A DNA stretch of 62,371 nucleotides, filler included. It is 3 parts of 3 records of this genome, joined end to end, with 100 filler letters (N's around TTAATTAATTAA, not from the genome) between each part and the next. Parts side by side here need not be neighbours in the genome. Positions count along the whole stretch, not along the records: positions 45,839 to 62,371 come from SRR20825006_2704; 2 more parts are not named here. The stretch is one strand, 5' to 3'. How positions within the stretch are numbered: position 1 is the stretch's first letter; each line of letters starts with the position of its first letter. A program made the translations under genes and the position numbers. This document shows, in pieces, positions 49,801-58,981 of this stretch. Under the pieces are notes generated by a model. The model ran no database searches. It saw nothing but the letters and a program-made list of their open reading frames with translations, and had not been told where the DNA came from.

Positions 49801-50455
49801 GCATCACCCCTTTGGGTGACCCTGTCGAACCGGATGTGTACTGCAACACACCGAGAGCTTCACTGCGAAGTTTTGGGCATCGCCAGTGGGTCGCATCGCG
49901 TTTGGTGGGCAAGTCGGTTCCCAACAACTGCACACCGACCAAATCCTCGTGCAATTCGTTGCCGGAAAGTTGATCGACGACCGAGCTTGTCGACAGAGCC
50001 CATCGGGCGTCGGCATCGACCACGATGGAACGAATTCGAGATGCCTTGCGGTTACGACGAGGCGGGTAGGCGGGAACCGCGATCGCACCGGCGGCGTGAG
50101 TCGCAAAAAGACCAATGACAAAATCCAGGCCGGGCGGGTAGAGCAGCAGTACTCGGTCACCAGCGCGGATGCCGCAACGACCCTGCAAATACCCCGCGAG
50201 ACCACGGACTTCTTCCCACAATTCAGCGTACGAAAGCGTTTGGTCGGAACCTTCCCCGTCGGTGAACGTGAACGCGGGAGCATCCGGCCGGACCTGCACC
50301 CAGTGGCGCAAGACCGAGACAAAGTGGTCGTGAGGAGGCGTTTCGTTTTTGAAATACTGTTGGAGGTCCACCGATTCAACCTGTTGCAATGATGCCGTCG
50401 CAGAACAATCTCGTTCTCTCTTGACCGTAATCTTGGACGCTCCATGACCAGTCAT
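46841..50455 (-). CDS. Fatty acyl-AMP ligase - ACP - alpha-oxoamine synthase (AONS/SPT-like) fusion
   Basis: LQYTSGSTGSPKG, WLPTYHDMGL, CYGMAE, LRTGDLG, KTSSGK; DLGLDSL; SYNYLGL, YSMDGD, DEAHS, GTLSKS; start may be GTG at 50371. Confidence 0.93.
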   Translation of the reverse strand: MTGHGASKITVKRERDCSATASLQQVESVDLQQYFKNETPPHDHFVSVLRHWVQVRPDAPAFTFTDGEGSDQTLSYAELWEEVRGLAGYLQGRCGIRAGDRVLLLYPPGLDFVIGLFATHAAGAIAVPAYPPRRNRKASRIRSIVVDADARWALSTSSVVDQLSGNELHEDLVGVQLLGTDLPTKRDATHWRCPKLRSEALGVLQYTSGSTGSPKGVMLTQANLIANSELILHGFEPESTIIGASWLPTYHDMGLVGGVLMPMFVGRHNILMSPMAFLQRPSRWLQTIARHQVTISGGPNFAYQLCVDKIRDEELEGVDLSSWEIAFNGAEPVRSSTLDAFSKRFEKYGFRHSSHLPCYGMAETTLIVTGGPISPRPVLQQFDGPALDEKAVRPAVDVPVDLAKQSDDEDDSKTSSARATRELVGCGRVLPGERVLIVDPDTRQTLPSDAIGEIWVQSPSVGRGYWQRREQSAKTFAAMTSEGEGPFLRTGDLGFLYGGQLYVSGRLKDMIIVRGVNRYPQDIEATVEHASDVVQAGSVAAFAMNADSDETETGREKLIIVAETVRKRDLDWDDHLQSIRRAVTEEHDLPPDAIYLVRNSSVPKTSSGKIQRHACLHAVRDKELKVIAQWIRGEESSLHNAGLAGETMMKAAAASDASGLDSVADPVVAEAIVSHVRAIAGERAGSINPETNIVLDLGLDSLERLEIARNLERTFGGRFPEQVLDEIETIGQIATAVERYLPAGALGRAEQFLAGRGDTQRDGDDDLVNTNANGRSSTDGEGPLARVMQTPQVEPEDDVTQFAEYRRLKSTMRQMQLTGVPNPYFTVHDCVVGDKTIVDGKSLISFASYNYLGLSGHPEVSKAAADAITKYGTSVSASRLVSGEKPIHGELERKIAKWVGVDNSITMVGGHSTNETTIGHLVGPGDLILHDALSHNSIVQGALLSGAKRRPFPHNDYEALDKMLTALRGQYRRTLIIIEGVYSMDGDFADVPKFVEVKKRHRAMLMVDEAHSFGTMGATGHGIAEHFGFDARDVDIWMGTLSKSASSCGGYIAGSEALVELLRYTAPGFVFSVGMPPGQVAAAIASLEVLEREPQRVERLRHNSELFLNLSREAGLDTGDSGGTPVVPVITGNSLVALRLSNRLKKDGINVQPILYPAVDESAARLRFFITSEHSEEQIRFTVERTAHHYNDLCDTPAKLRGTA

Positions 50456-50763
50456 GCGGTGCGGAGGGGCAATCAGTCATTGTTGCAATGATGCACCAAC
50501 GGCGCCGATCGGCCAAGGGTCGGCCCTCCACCGACTCGTCCAACGGTCCGGCGGAGGGGGTCATGACCATCGCGTCTCTCGGCTGGATCGGTCAGCGGCG
50601 ACAATTCAAGATCGAGTTGCTACCCCGCTATAATGGCCTATTGCGGGTGCCCAACGCCACCTGACATTGACGAAAAACAACCACGTTGTCTGCTCAGCAA
50701 CCTTTCGGTTACACCAGGCGACTTCTCACGCTCCAATTTCCGATCGAACTGCCCCTTTCGAAC

Positions 50764-52074
50764 ATGAGTACGCCAAAGATGAAGGATTTCTACGATTGCG
50801 TGGTGATTGGTGGAGGCCCGGCCGGTGGTGCTGCGGCATCGATTGTGGCTGATTCAGGCGTCAGCACGCTGTTGATCGAGCGAGATCCTGTGCCTCGGTT
50901 TCACGTCGGCGAATCGCTGATGCCGGAGTGCTATTGGCCTCTCGAGCGACTTGGATTGATCGATCAAGTCAAACGATCGGGATGGCAGACCAAGAAAAGC
51001 GTGCAGTTTGTCACGCATACAGGCAAAGAATCGGCCCCATTCTTTTTTCGCGAACACGATGAACGCGAGTGCAGCACGACTTGGCAGGTCGAACGCAGCG
51101 AATTTGACAAAATGCTTTATGACCGAGCCTCCGAGCTCGGAGCGGACTGTTTTGACCAAACTCGACTGATCGACGTTCAAACAGAACCCGGCGAAACAGC
51201 AGACCAACCGATCGCACGTGCCGTCGTCGTACGGACCGCCGATGGCACCGAAAAAACGATCGGCTGCAAAGTCGTCGTCGACGCGACGGGCCAGCAAGCG
51301 TTTTTGGCCGGAAAGATGGGTCTGAAAGAAATCAATCCTGACCTAAAAAAAGCCGCGATTTGGACGTATTACCGCGATGCCGTTCGCGGTGAAGGCGACA
51401 ACGACGGTGCAACCATCATTTTGAACACCAAATCGCGTGATTCCTGGTTCTGGTTCATCCCTCAATCTCGCGGGATCACCAGCGTCGGATGCGTCGGCGA
51501 CAACGACTACCTTCTCAAAGGCCGCGGAACTCCCGAAGAAATCTTTGAGGAAGAACTCGCCAATTGTCCTGGGCTTCAACCACGGCTGGCCAATGCGACT
51601 CGCGTGGGCAAAATCACGACCGCCAAAGAATTCAGCTACATGACCCGCCGACACTCTGGCCCGGGATGGGTGTTGATCGGCGACGCACTGGGGTTCATCG
51701 ACCCGGTCTACTCCTCCGGCGTCTATTTCGCACTGGAAATGGGTGTTCGTGCCGGCGACGCGATCGTTGAAGGACTGAAGAAAGACGACCTGTCGGCTGA
51801 ACAACTGGGAAAATGGACCGACGATTTCAAGGAAGGAGCTTCCAAGGTCCGGCAACTCGTTCACGCTTTCTACAACAAAGATTTCAGCATCGGGCGGTTC
51901 ATGAAGGAACACCCCGAGTATCGAGGCAACGTGACGGACTTGCTGATCGGCCGTGTCTTCCACGAAGATGCGGGCAAAATGTTCCCGGCACTCGATCGTT
52001 CCATCGAGATGGCTCGGGCCAATGCCATGTCCAAGGCCGAATCGATGGCCGAAACCAAACCCATGTCGACTTAA
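50764..52074 (+). CDS. FAD-dependent halogenase-like oxidoreductase
   Basis: GGGPAG, RFHVGESL, WFWFIP (WxWxIP), GDALGFIDPVYSSG. Confidence 0.85.
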   Translation: MSTPKMKDFYDCVVIGGGPAGGAAASIVADSGVSTLLIERDPVPRFHVGESLMPECYWPLERLGLIDQVKRSGWQTKKSVQFVTHTGKESAPFFFREHDERECSTTWQVERSEFDKMLYDRASELGADCFDQTRLIDVQTEPGETADQPIARAVVVRTADGTEKTIGCKVVVDATGQQAFLAGKMGLKEINPDLKKAAIWTYYRDAVRGEGDNDGATIILNTKSRDSWFWFIPQSRGITSVGCVGDNDYLLKGRGTPEEIFEEELANCPGLQPRLANATRVGKITTAKEFSYMTRRHSGPGWVLIGDALGFIDPVYSSGVYFALEMGVRAGDAIVEGLKKDDLSAEQLGKWTDDFKEGASKVRQLVHAFYNKDFSIGRFMKEHPEYRGNVTDLLIGRVFHEDAGKMFPALDRSIEMARANAMSKAESMAETKPMST

Positions 52075-52730
52075 TGTCCCAATCTGACAACAACACCGCT
52101 TCGATCTTCAGCCCCGACGAATTTGGCCAATTGCACCTCGACATCGCGATCGCTCATGATTTGACGGAACGCTACGAAGGCCTGATCTTCGACTGTGACG
52201 GAACGCTCACCAATTCCATGCCGCTTCATTACCTGGCATGGAACGAAACAATGACTCGTCACGGCATCGATTTTCCGGAGTCGCGTTTCTACGCGATGGG
52301 CGGCATGCCGAGTGAAAAAATCATCGCCGTGCTGAGTTCAGAACAAGGCGTTTCGATCGACGTTGATTTGGCGACAGAAGAAAAGGAAGCGAACTTCATC
52401 GCTCGTATTCCCAGCGTCGAACGCCTTGAACACGTCACAGACATCGCCGAACGGCACCTCAATCGAATCGCCATGTCCGTCGCCAGTGGTGGGATGCGAG
52501 ACATTGTCGCGGACCAACTGCGAACGATCGGTGTTGCCGATTGGTTCCCGGTCCTCGTGGGCAGCGAAGACACGGAACTGCACAAACCTGAACCCGACGT
52601 GTTCTTGTGTGCAGCCGAGCGAATGGGCGTGGATCCAAAACGATGTCTGGTTTTCGAAGACAGCCCACTGGGTTTCGAAGCCGCGAAACGAGCCGGCATG
52701 GATTGGGTTGACGTTCGCGTCGACGCTTAA
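52074..52730 (+). CDS. HAD-family phosphatase (YqaB/beta-PGM-like)
   Basis: FDCDGTL, SGG, KPEPD, FEDS; TAATG overlap with the upstream gene. Confidence 0.92.
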   Translation: MSQSDNNTASIFSPDEFGQLHLDIAIAHDLTERYEGLIFDCDGTLTNSMPLHYLAWNETMTRHGIDFPESRFYAMGGMPSEKIIAVLSSEQGVSIDVDLATEEKEANFIARIPSVERLEHVTDIAERHLNRIAMSVASGGMRDIVADQLRTIGVADWFPVLVGSEDTELHKPEPDVFLCAAERMGVDPKRCLVFEDSPLGFEAAKRAGMDWVDVRVDA

Positions 52731-52785
52731 GATCTGCGATGCACGGCGTCTTCAAAGCGTTGCACAAACGACGCTGCGACTCGTT

Positions 52786-52839
52786 TCCAAACGCTTCATC
52801 GGCTCCAAACGTTTCATCGGTCAACGTTTTTAAACGTTG
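52786..52839. repeat. 18-bp tandem duplication followed by a hairpin
   Basis: TCCAAACGCTTCATCGGC / TCCAAACGTTTCATCGGT then CAACGTTT-tt-AAACGTTG between convergent genes. Confidence 0.6.
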
Positions 52840-52849
52840 GCCCGCGTGA

Positions 52850-54709
52850 TCAACGGCGTCGCAGATCGAGGCGTCCATTGTTGCAGTGCGGGCATTTCAA
52901 TTTGCCCCGACCGCTGCATGTCGGACAACGTTTCTTTTTCACAACGGGAGCGTACACGTCACCGCCAATCCGTGACGAAGAGACGACTTCCTGTTTTCGA
53001 TAAGATTGAGAACCGTTCACACAGTTCGGACAATCCTGGTACGACGAGCCGATGCAGGAAACACACCAAGTGTTCTCGATCATCAGCGACTCGCTGGGGC
53101 CGGTGCCGTCGGCCACATCACTGAACAGACCACTTCCGGATTTCAGCCCCCAAACAAAAACGGGCACCACCGACGCCTTGGGATCAAAGCGTTTTTCAGG
53201 TGGGAGATCATCAACGCTGGTCAGTGAAGTCGTTCGCACGTTGCGGTTGAACCAAGACCGGATCATCCGAGCGCCAAAGGCTCGGCCGCTCGTTTCCAAT
53301 TCGTTTTCCGACATGGCAAAAACGATTCCGTGGACAGCCTTGTCGTCACTGATCAACGGACCACCACGATTTCCGCCCGTTGTTTCGTTGGAAACATTCT
53401 GAACGCCTTGATGATCGGGCTCACTCAAAATTTCCCCGGTGAACTCTCGCACTCCCTCCTTCACCAAGTTCTGTCCGGGGTCGAAACCATACAACGTCAG
53501 ATCGGTCGCTTTTGCTGGTGTGTCGTTCGCAATGCACAGCGGTGCCAAATCCAATCCGGGTACGTGCAAGGCGGCCAGTTCAGCATCGGAAGAACCAGCA
53601 CGGTGTGGAATGATTCGAAACCGTGTGACCGTTCCGATGGTTTCGTTGGTGCGAATCACGATGCCACTTCGAGCTGAAATTCGCGGGGCCGTCATCAAGC
53701 AGTTCTTGCACGTCAATGCTTTGAAGATGCCGTGCTGATACGATCCCACGGTTACCATCTTGGGACCATAACCATCGGTGTTCGTAATCACGTCCGTCGA
53801 CGTCAGCACGATTCCCGGTGCCACGACGAACCCTGTTCCGATCGAGACCAATTCCATGAACACACTGGGGCTGTCTAGACCTTCGACCTTGCGGTTCCCT
53901 GCGCCGGCTTCAATCGGCAAATCAAAGTCCAACGTGTAGTACAAGCTCTCGTTCAAGTTGGGTTTCGACGTACTGACATCTGCGGATGCCAACGTGGCCA
54001 GCAATTCACTGCGCAATCGCGGTGCCAGTTCAATCAAACCGGTCCGCATCGAATCGGTTTGCGCCAGCAACTGCATGTTGTGCTCGAGCACCGCTGACAC
54101 AACGTTGGACGATTGCACTCCCGCGATGAACGACGATGCGGCGGGGTTGGCTTCTTGTTGCTTCAAAGCCACCACACCCAGATTGTTGCGAGCCGATGCC
54201 AGCGTCATCGAGTGACGTCCCGCCATCACTTCTTGCTGAGCCTCGATCCGTTTGACCGCTTGCATCAGCAAACGCTTGGCAAGTTCCAAGTTGTTCTCGC
54301 CTTCGGACAAACCCACACCCGCCCAAATTCCCGCGTAAGGACTTTCGGGAACCGCTTTGTGGATTTCCAGCAACAAACGACTGACAGCCTCCGGTCGCTC
54401 GTACATTCCCGGTAGATGTTGGCGAATCATCTGGAATTGTTTCGCATCACGCTCGTTGAACCAGATCTGCATTGCCTGCAAACGCGATTCGGGCGTCAAA
54501 CTATCCAGCGAAACTTCCACCGGAGAACGATTGCCTTCGACCTGCAGAACGACCTTGGAATCGTCCACATGTATCAACTCGGCTTCCACGCTCGAACCAG
54601 CGCGACTTTGCCAGGTCACCGGGCCTTGCGACCGTCCCACCGAGGGCCATCCCAATCCGGCCAGCGTCACGACCACCGCGATGGCGACTGAAAAGCGATT
54701 CAAAAACAT
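52850..54709 (-). CDS. Exported SHD1 + TPR-like + degenerate trypsin-like + Zn-finger protein
   Basis: Signal peptide; TWQSRAGSSVEAEL SHD1; ARNNLGV TPR-like; GTGFVV...GNRGGPL; four CxxC repeats at C-terminus. Confidence 0.75.
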   Translation of the reverse strand: MFLNRFSVAIAVVVTLAGLGWPSVGRSQGPVTWQSRAGSSVEAELIHVDDSKVVLQVEGNRSPVEVSLDSLTPESRLQAMQIWFNERDAKQFQMIRQHLPGMYERPEAVSRLLLEIHKAVPESPYAGIWAGVGLSEGENNLELAKRLLMQAVKRIEAQQEVMAGRHSMTLASARNNLGVVALKQQEANPAASSFIAGVQSSNVVSAVLEHNMQLLAQTDSMRTGLIELAPRLRSELLATLASADVSTSKPNLNESLYYTLDFDLPIEAGAGNRKVEGLDSPSVFMELVSIGTGFVVAPGIVLTSTDVITNTDGYGPKMVTVGSYQHGIFKALTCKNCLMTAPRISARSGIVIRTNETIGTVTRFRIIPHRAGSSDAELAALHVPGLDLAPLCIANDTPAKATDLTLYGFDPGQNLVKEGVREFTGEILSEPDHQGVQNVSNETTGGNRGGPLISDDKAVHGIVFAMSENELETSGRAFGARMIRSWFNRNVRTTSLTSVDDLPPEKRFDPKASVVPVFVWGLKSGSGLFSDVADGTGPSESLMIENTWCVSCIGSSYQDCPNCVNGSQSYRKQEVVSSSRIGGDVYAPVVKKKRCPTCSGRGKLKCPHCNNGRLDLRRR

Positions 54710-54997
54710 ATCAAGTGCCTTGATCTGGACATCCGCAAAGCGATAAACGACCTGCTCGCGGAAGCTCCACCCGGAACTCAACCCGCCACCGGAGGGCCCT
54801 CGCTTGGAGCTCACCACCTAGGGGAGAAACTAACCTCCCAAGCGGATTCGTTCAAACTACGTTACAAATTTTCGTAGCAGGAACGCCAAAAAGTCCGCCC
54901 GATGCTCTTAGGCCAATGCGTTCCGTTTGAAGTACCTACCGGCTCCAGCGGCGAATGACTCGCACGCCGTCCAAGTCGATGGACTAAAATCGCGGCC

Positions 54998-57499
54998 ATG
55001 AGCCCATCGCGTATTCTCCGTCTGTTACCGACTGATCCGAGTCGCCATCCATCAAGACCCCAGTTCTTTTTGCTCGCCGCGGCTTTGGCTTTGGGAACCC
55101 ACTCGTTTGCCGTGAACGCGAGTGAACCGACGTCGGTATCCAACGCCGAGATCCATACCTTCTTGCAAAATCACTGCAGCGACTGCCACGCTGACGGTGC
55201 TTCCGAAGGTGGACTCGACTTGGACACGCTACCACGAATCATCGGCGGGGCTGCTGACCTGGCCTTTTGGGTTCGCATTCACGATCGAGTCCAAACGGGA
55301 GAGATGCCACCTCCCGATTCGTCTACGCTCGACGAAACACGACGAACTGATTTCATTGCCGCGTTGGCCACTCCGCTGAACCAGCATCACGCATCTGAAA
55401 AAGGCACCGTCCTTCGTCGACTGAACCGGCGAGAGTACGAGAACACGCTGAACGATTTGTTCGGCACCGCAGTTGAACTGGAAACATTGTTGCCCGCTGA
55501 TGGACGCAGCCACGAATTCGACAACGTGGGTGAATCACTTGGCATTTCCATGGTTCACCTGGAACGCTACCTCGATGCCGCCGACTTGGTGTTGGAATCT
55601 GCCATCGCGAAGACCGCCGATCCTCCGCCCGTCCATGCGATCGACACTCACTACGCAGAAACCCGCGAGGCCAAAACGCACTTGGGTAAAGTGTGGAAAC
55701 AACTCGATGATGGATCCGTCGTGTTCTACCAAAACTTTGGTTACCCAGACGGCATGCTTCGAACGAGTAGCATTCCCGAATCGGGACGCTATCGGATCTT
55801 GATCACGGGATACGCATACCAGACCGATCAGAAGATCCCGTTCTATGTCGGGGCAAAAAGCTTTGCCCGAGGCAGCGAACAACCAACGCTGGGCTACTTC
55901 GACATGCCACCGCTCGGCCCCGATGGTGAAATGACAACCATCGAGCTGACTGCGCATCTTGAATATCGCTACATGCTCAACATCATCCCGTATGGTTTGG
56001 TGGTTCGCGATTACAACATTCGCAACGACGGCTTGGATGGGTACACCGGCCCCGGACTGGCAATTGCGAACGTGCAATTGGAAGGCCCATTGAAGGACGA
56101 GTTTCCCTCTCGTGGCCATCGGTTGATCTTTGATGATTGGCAACGCGAAGAGATTATGCCCAACCCTCCGTCCAAACGAGAGAAGTCTTGGTACAAACCT
56201 GAGTTTGAATTGACCAGTAGCAACCCAGACGAGTCGCTGCGAAACTCATTGCAGCGTGCGGCATCCGCAGCGATGAGACGTCCGGTCAATGCATCCGAAC
56301 TGACACCTTACATCGAGCTTTTTCGTTCCGAGCAAGACCGTGGCGCATCCACCGAAGATGCGTTGCGAACCGCCGTCGCCGCCATCCTTTGCTCGCCCGA
56401 TTTTTTGTATTTTCGTGAACCGGCCGGCAAACTCGATGACCATGCCATCGCAACTCGGTTGTCGTATTTTCTGCATCGCACCACACCTGACAAGGCACTG
56501 CTACGCGCCGCCGGGCAAAACGAACTGACCCGATCAACCGAATCATTACTGAGTCATGCAAAACGGTTGGTAGCTGAATCCAGGTTTGATCGGTTCGTGG
56601 TCGACTTCACGGATGCTTGGTTGAACCTGCGTGACATTGATCAAACCAGCCCCGATCAAAAGCTATTTCCCGAATACGACCGGTATCTGCGCGACAGCAT
56701 GGTCGAAGAAACACGTCAATTTTTTGCGACCTTGATTCGTGAAAATTTGCCGGTCACGAATTTGGTGAAATCCGACTTCGCGATGCTGAATTTACGATTG
56801 GCTGATCACTACGGCATTGAAGGAGTTGATCACGCTGACATCCGCCGCGTGCGACTTCCCAATGATTCGGTTCGCGGCGGTTTGCTTGGACAAGCCAGCG
56901 TACTAAAAGTCACCGCCAACGGAACGAACACGTCTCCGGTCGTTCGCGGTGTGTGGGTGACCGAACGCTTGCTCGGCATGCACCCTGCACCACCCCCGCC
57001 AGGCATCTCCGGCGTCGAACCCGACATCCGTGGGGCAGCTACTCTGCGTCAGCTGCTCGATCAACATCGAAGCGAAGAATCCTGTCATGCCTGCCACGCG
57101 TTGATTGATCCACCCGGTTTCGCACTCGAAAGTTTCAATCCCATCGGCGGCTGGCGTGATCGTTATCGCAGTCTCGGCGAAGGCGAACGAATCGACTTGC
57201 GTGTCAACAATCGCCGTGTGCAATACCGCTTGGGGTTGCCTGTTGATTCCAGCGGTACGTTGCCATCGGGCGCTTCCTTCGAAGGCTTTGACACATTTCG
57301 GGATTGCCTTCTCAAAGACCCTGATCAATTGGCAAAGTCATTGATCACCAAGTGGCTGACGTTTGCCACGGGGCGAGAAATGGGGTTTTCCGATCGCCAA
57401 GAAATTGAATCTCTGACAAGGCAATCCGCTCAGCGAGGTCATGGGCTTCGCACGATGTTGGCGTTGGTCATCGCCAGCGACATTTTCCGAACCAAGTAG
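54998..57499 (+). CDS. Planctomycete cytochrome-c/DUF1592 (PSD/PSCyt) multidomain protein
   Basis: CSDCH, MPP, LRRLNRREYENT, RLSYFL...PD, RGGLLGQ, TSPVVRG, CHACH. Confidence 0.92.
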   Translation: MSPSRILRLLPTDPSRHPSRPQFFLLAAALALGTHSFAVNASEPTSVSNAEIHTFLQNHCSDCHADGASEGGLDLDTLPRIIGGAADLAFWVRIHDRVQTGEMPPPDSSTLDETRRTDFIAALATPLNQHHASEKGTVLRRLNRREYENTLNDLFGTAVELETLLPADGRSHEFDNVGESLGISMVHLERYLDAADLVLESAIAKTADPPPVHAIDTHYAETREAKTHLGKVWKQLDDGSVVFYQNFGYPDGMLRTSSIPESGRYRILITGYAYQTDQKIPFYVGAKSFARGSEQPTLGYFDMPPLGPDGEMTTIELTAHLEYRYMLNIIPYGLVVRDYNIRNDGLDGYTGPGLAIANVQLEGPLKDEFPSRGHRLIFDDWQREEIMPNPPSKREKSWYKPEFELTSSNPDESLRNSLQRAASAAMRRPVNASELTPYIELFRSEQDRGASTEDALRTAVAAILCSPDFLYFREPAGKLDDHAIATRLSYFLHRTTPDKALLRAAGQNELTRSTESLLSHAKRLVAESRFDRFVVDFTDAWLNLRDIDQTSPDQKLFPEYDRYLRDSMVEETRQFFATLIRENLPVTNLVKSDFAMLNLRLADHYGIEGVDHADIRRVRLPNDSVRGGLLGQASVLKVTANGTNTSPVVRGVWVTERLLGMHPAPPPPGISGVEPDIRGAATLRQLLDQHRSEESCHACHALIDPPGFALESFNPIGGWRDRYRSLGEGERIDLRVNNRRVQYRLGLPVDSSGTLPSGASFEGFDTFRDCLLKDPDQLAKSLITKWLTFATGREMGFSDRQEIESLTRQSAQRGHGLRTMLALVIASDIFRTK

Positions 57500-57551
57500 C
57501 GTCTCGCTCACTTGATTCAACGACGCTCCTAACCTTTCACTTGAAAAAGCC

Positions 57552-58865
57552 ATGCTGATTCCCTCTCAACCGATGTCTCGACGACGACTGTTGCGATCCG
57601 CCGGTGGTGCGGCCTTGGCTTTGCCGTTTTTAGAGGCGATGGGACCTTCACTTGGTCGCCGTGTGTTGGGCAATGATCAAGCCGCCGATGCGGAGAGGGC
57701 ACCGAAACGGTTTGTTGCCATCTGTGCTTCGCTTGGTTTTCACGGGGATCATTTGTTTCCCGAATCGACCGGCCGCGACTACGCGATCACACCTTACCTG
57801 GAACAAGTCCAACGCCATCGCGATGACTTCAGTTTGTTCTCGGGTTTGTCTCACCCCGAACAAAACGGAAACAACGGTCACGCCTCCGAGTTGACTTGGT
57901 TGACCGCGGCCCGACGCCCAGGACTGGCAGGTTTCCGCAACTCGATCTCACTCGACCAACTCATCGCTCGAGAGATTGGACTGAAGACTCGCTTCCCGTT
58001 CCTGGCCCTCACGACCGGCGGTCAGTCCCTTTCGTGGACATCCAGTGGAGTCGAGATACCCGCCCAGCATTCCCCCGCCAAACTCTTCACCGCAATGTTC
58101 GTCGATGGTAAACCGCACGAAGTCGAGGCGGACCTTGATCGACTCCGCCGCGGCCGCAGTGTTCTCGACACGGTTGGATCGCGAGCTCAATCTCTCAAAC
58201 GCGAACTCGGAATTCGCGATCAACAAAAGTTGGATGAGTACCTGCACTCGATCCGAGATTTAGAATCGCGACTGCAGCAATCCGAAGGCTGGGTCCGTCG
58301 TCCCAAACCAATCGTCGACGAAGAACCCGTATCGGACATCAACGACAAAGCTCTCGCGATTGAACGCCAACGGTTGATGTACCGTATCATTGCGTTGGCG
58401 TTGCAAACCGATTCGACGCGAACCGTCACGTTTCAGTTGGCCGGACTGAACTCGGTTCCTCAGATCCCCGGGGTTCAAAGCGATTGGCACGGTCTATCGC
58501 ACCATGGCAAAGACCCTGAGAAAATCGCTGAACTGAAACGCATCGAAGCGGCAGAATGGGGTGCGTTTGGCGAATTCCTCGATCAATTGAAATCGATCGA
58601 AGAGCACAATCGATCACTGTTGGATCACACCGCCGTGATGTTCGGATCCAATCTTGGCAACGCCAGTGCACATGATTGGCGAAACCTTCCGATCTTGCTG
58701 GCCGGCGGCGGCTACCGACACGGCGAGTACGTCGCACACGACGCGGCGAACAACACACCGCTTTGCAACCTGTACGTCGACCTCGCCCAACGCATGGGAC
58801 TTGAAATCGACGCGTTCGGATCGAGCACCTCCGCCGGCATCAAAGGGCTCGAGTCCACCACGTAG
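57552..58865 (+). CDS. DUF1552 (HXXSHH) Tat-exported protein
   Basis: SRRRLL Tat motif, LPFLEAM, SISLDQLIA, DSTR, WHGLSHH, LPILLAGG. Confidence 0.93.
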   Translation: MLIPSQPMSRRRLLRSAGGAALALPFLEAMGPSLGRRVLGNDQAADAERAPKRFVAICASLGFHGDHLFPESTGRDYAITPYLEQVQRHRDDFSLFSGLSHPEQNGNNGHASELTWLTAARRPGLAGFRNSISLDQLIAREIGLKTRFPFLALTTGGQSLSWTSSGVEIPAQHSPAKLFTAMFVDGKPHEVEADLDRLRRGRSVLDTVGSRAQSLKRELGIRDQQKLDEYLHSIRDLESRLQQSEGWVRRPKPIVDEEPVSDINDKALAIERQRLMYRIIALALQTDSTRTVTFQLAGLNSVPQIPGVQSDWHGLSHHGKDPEKIAELKRIEAAEWGAFGEFLDQLKSIEEHNRSLLDHTAVMFGSNLGNASAHDWRNLPILLAGGGYRHGEYVAHDAANNTPLCNLYVDLAQRMGLEIDAFGSSTSAGIKGLESTT

Positions 58866-58887
58866 CGGACCACATCACGCAACGCCT

Positions 58888-58957
58888 GCAGCACGGTGGG
58901 CCCCACCGTAAACACGCAAGGTGCAGTGCAGGTCTCGGTGGAGGACCACCGAGCTAC
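58888..58957. repeat. Inverted pair of GTAG-family REP elements (REPIN-like)
   Basis: Minus GTAG-CTCGGTGG-tcct-CCACCGAG at 58934-58957; degenerate plus copy GCAG-CACGGTGG-gcc-CCACCGT at 58888-58909. Confidence 0.65.
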
Positions 58958-58981
58958 AGACTGCAGATCAACTCAAGAACC

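Noticed and set aside
52786-52839. Possible mini-CRISPR
   Set aside because: Two adjacent 18-bp copies with no spacers and no cas genes
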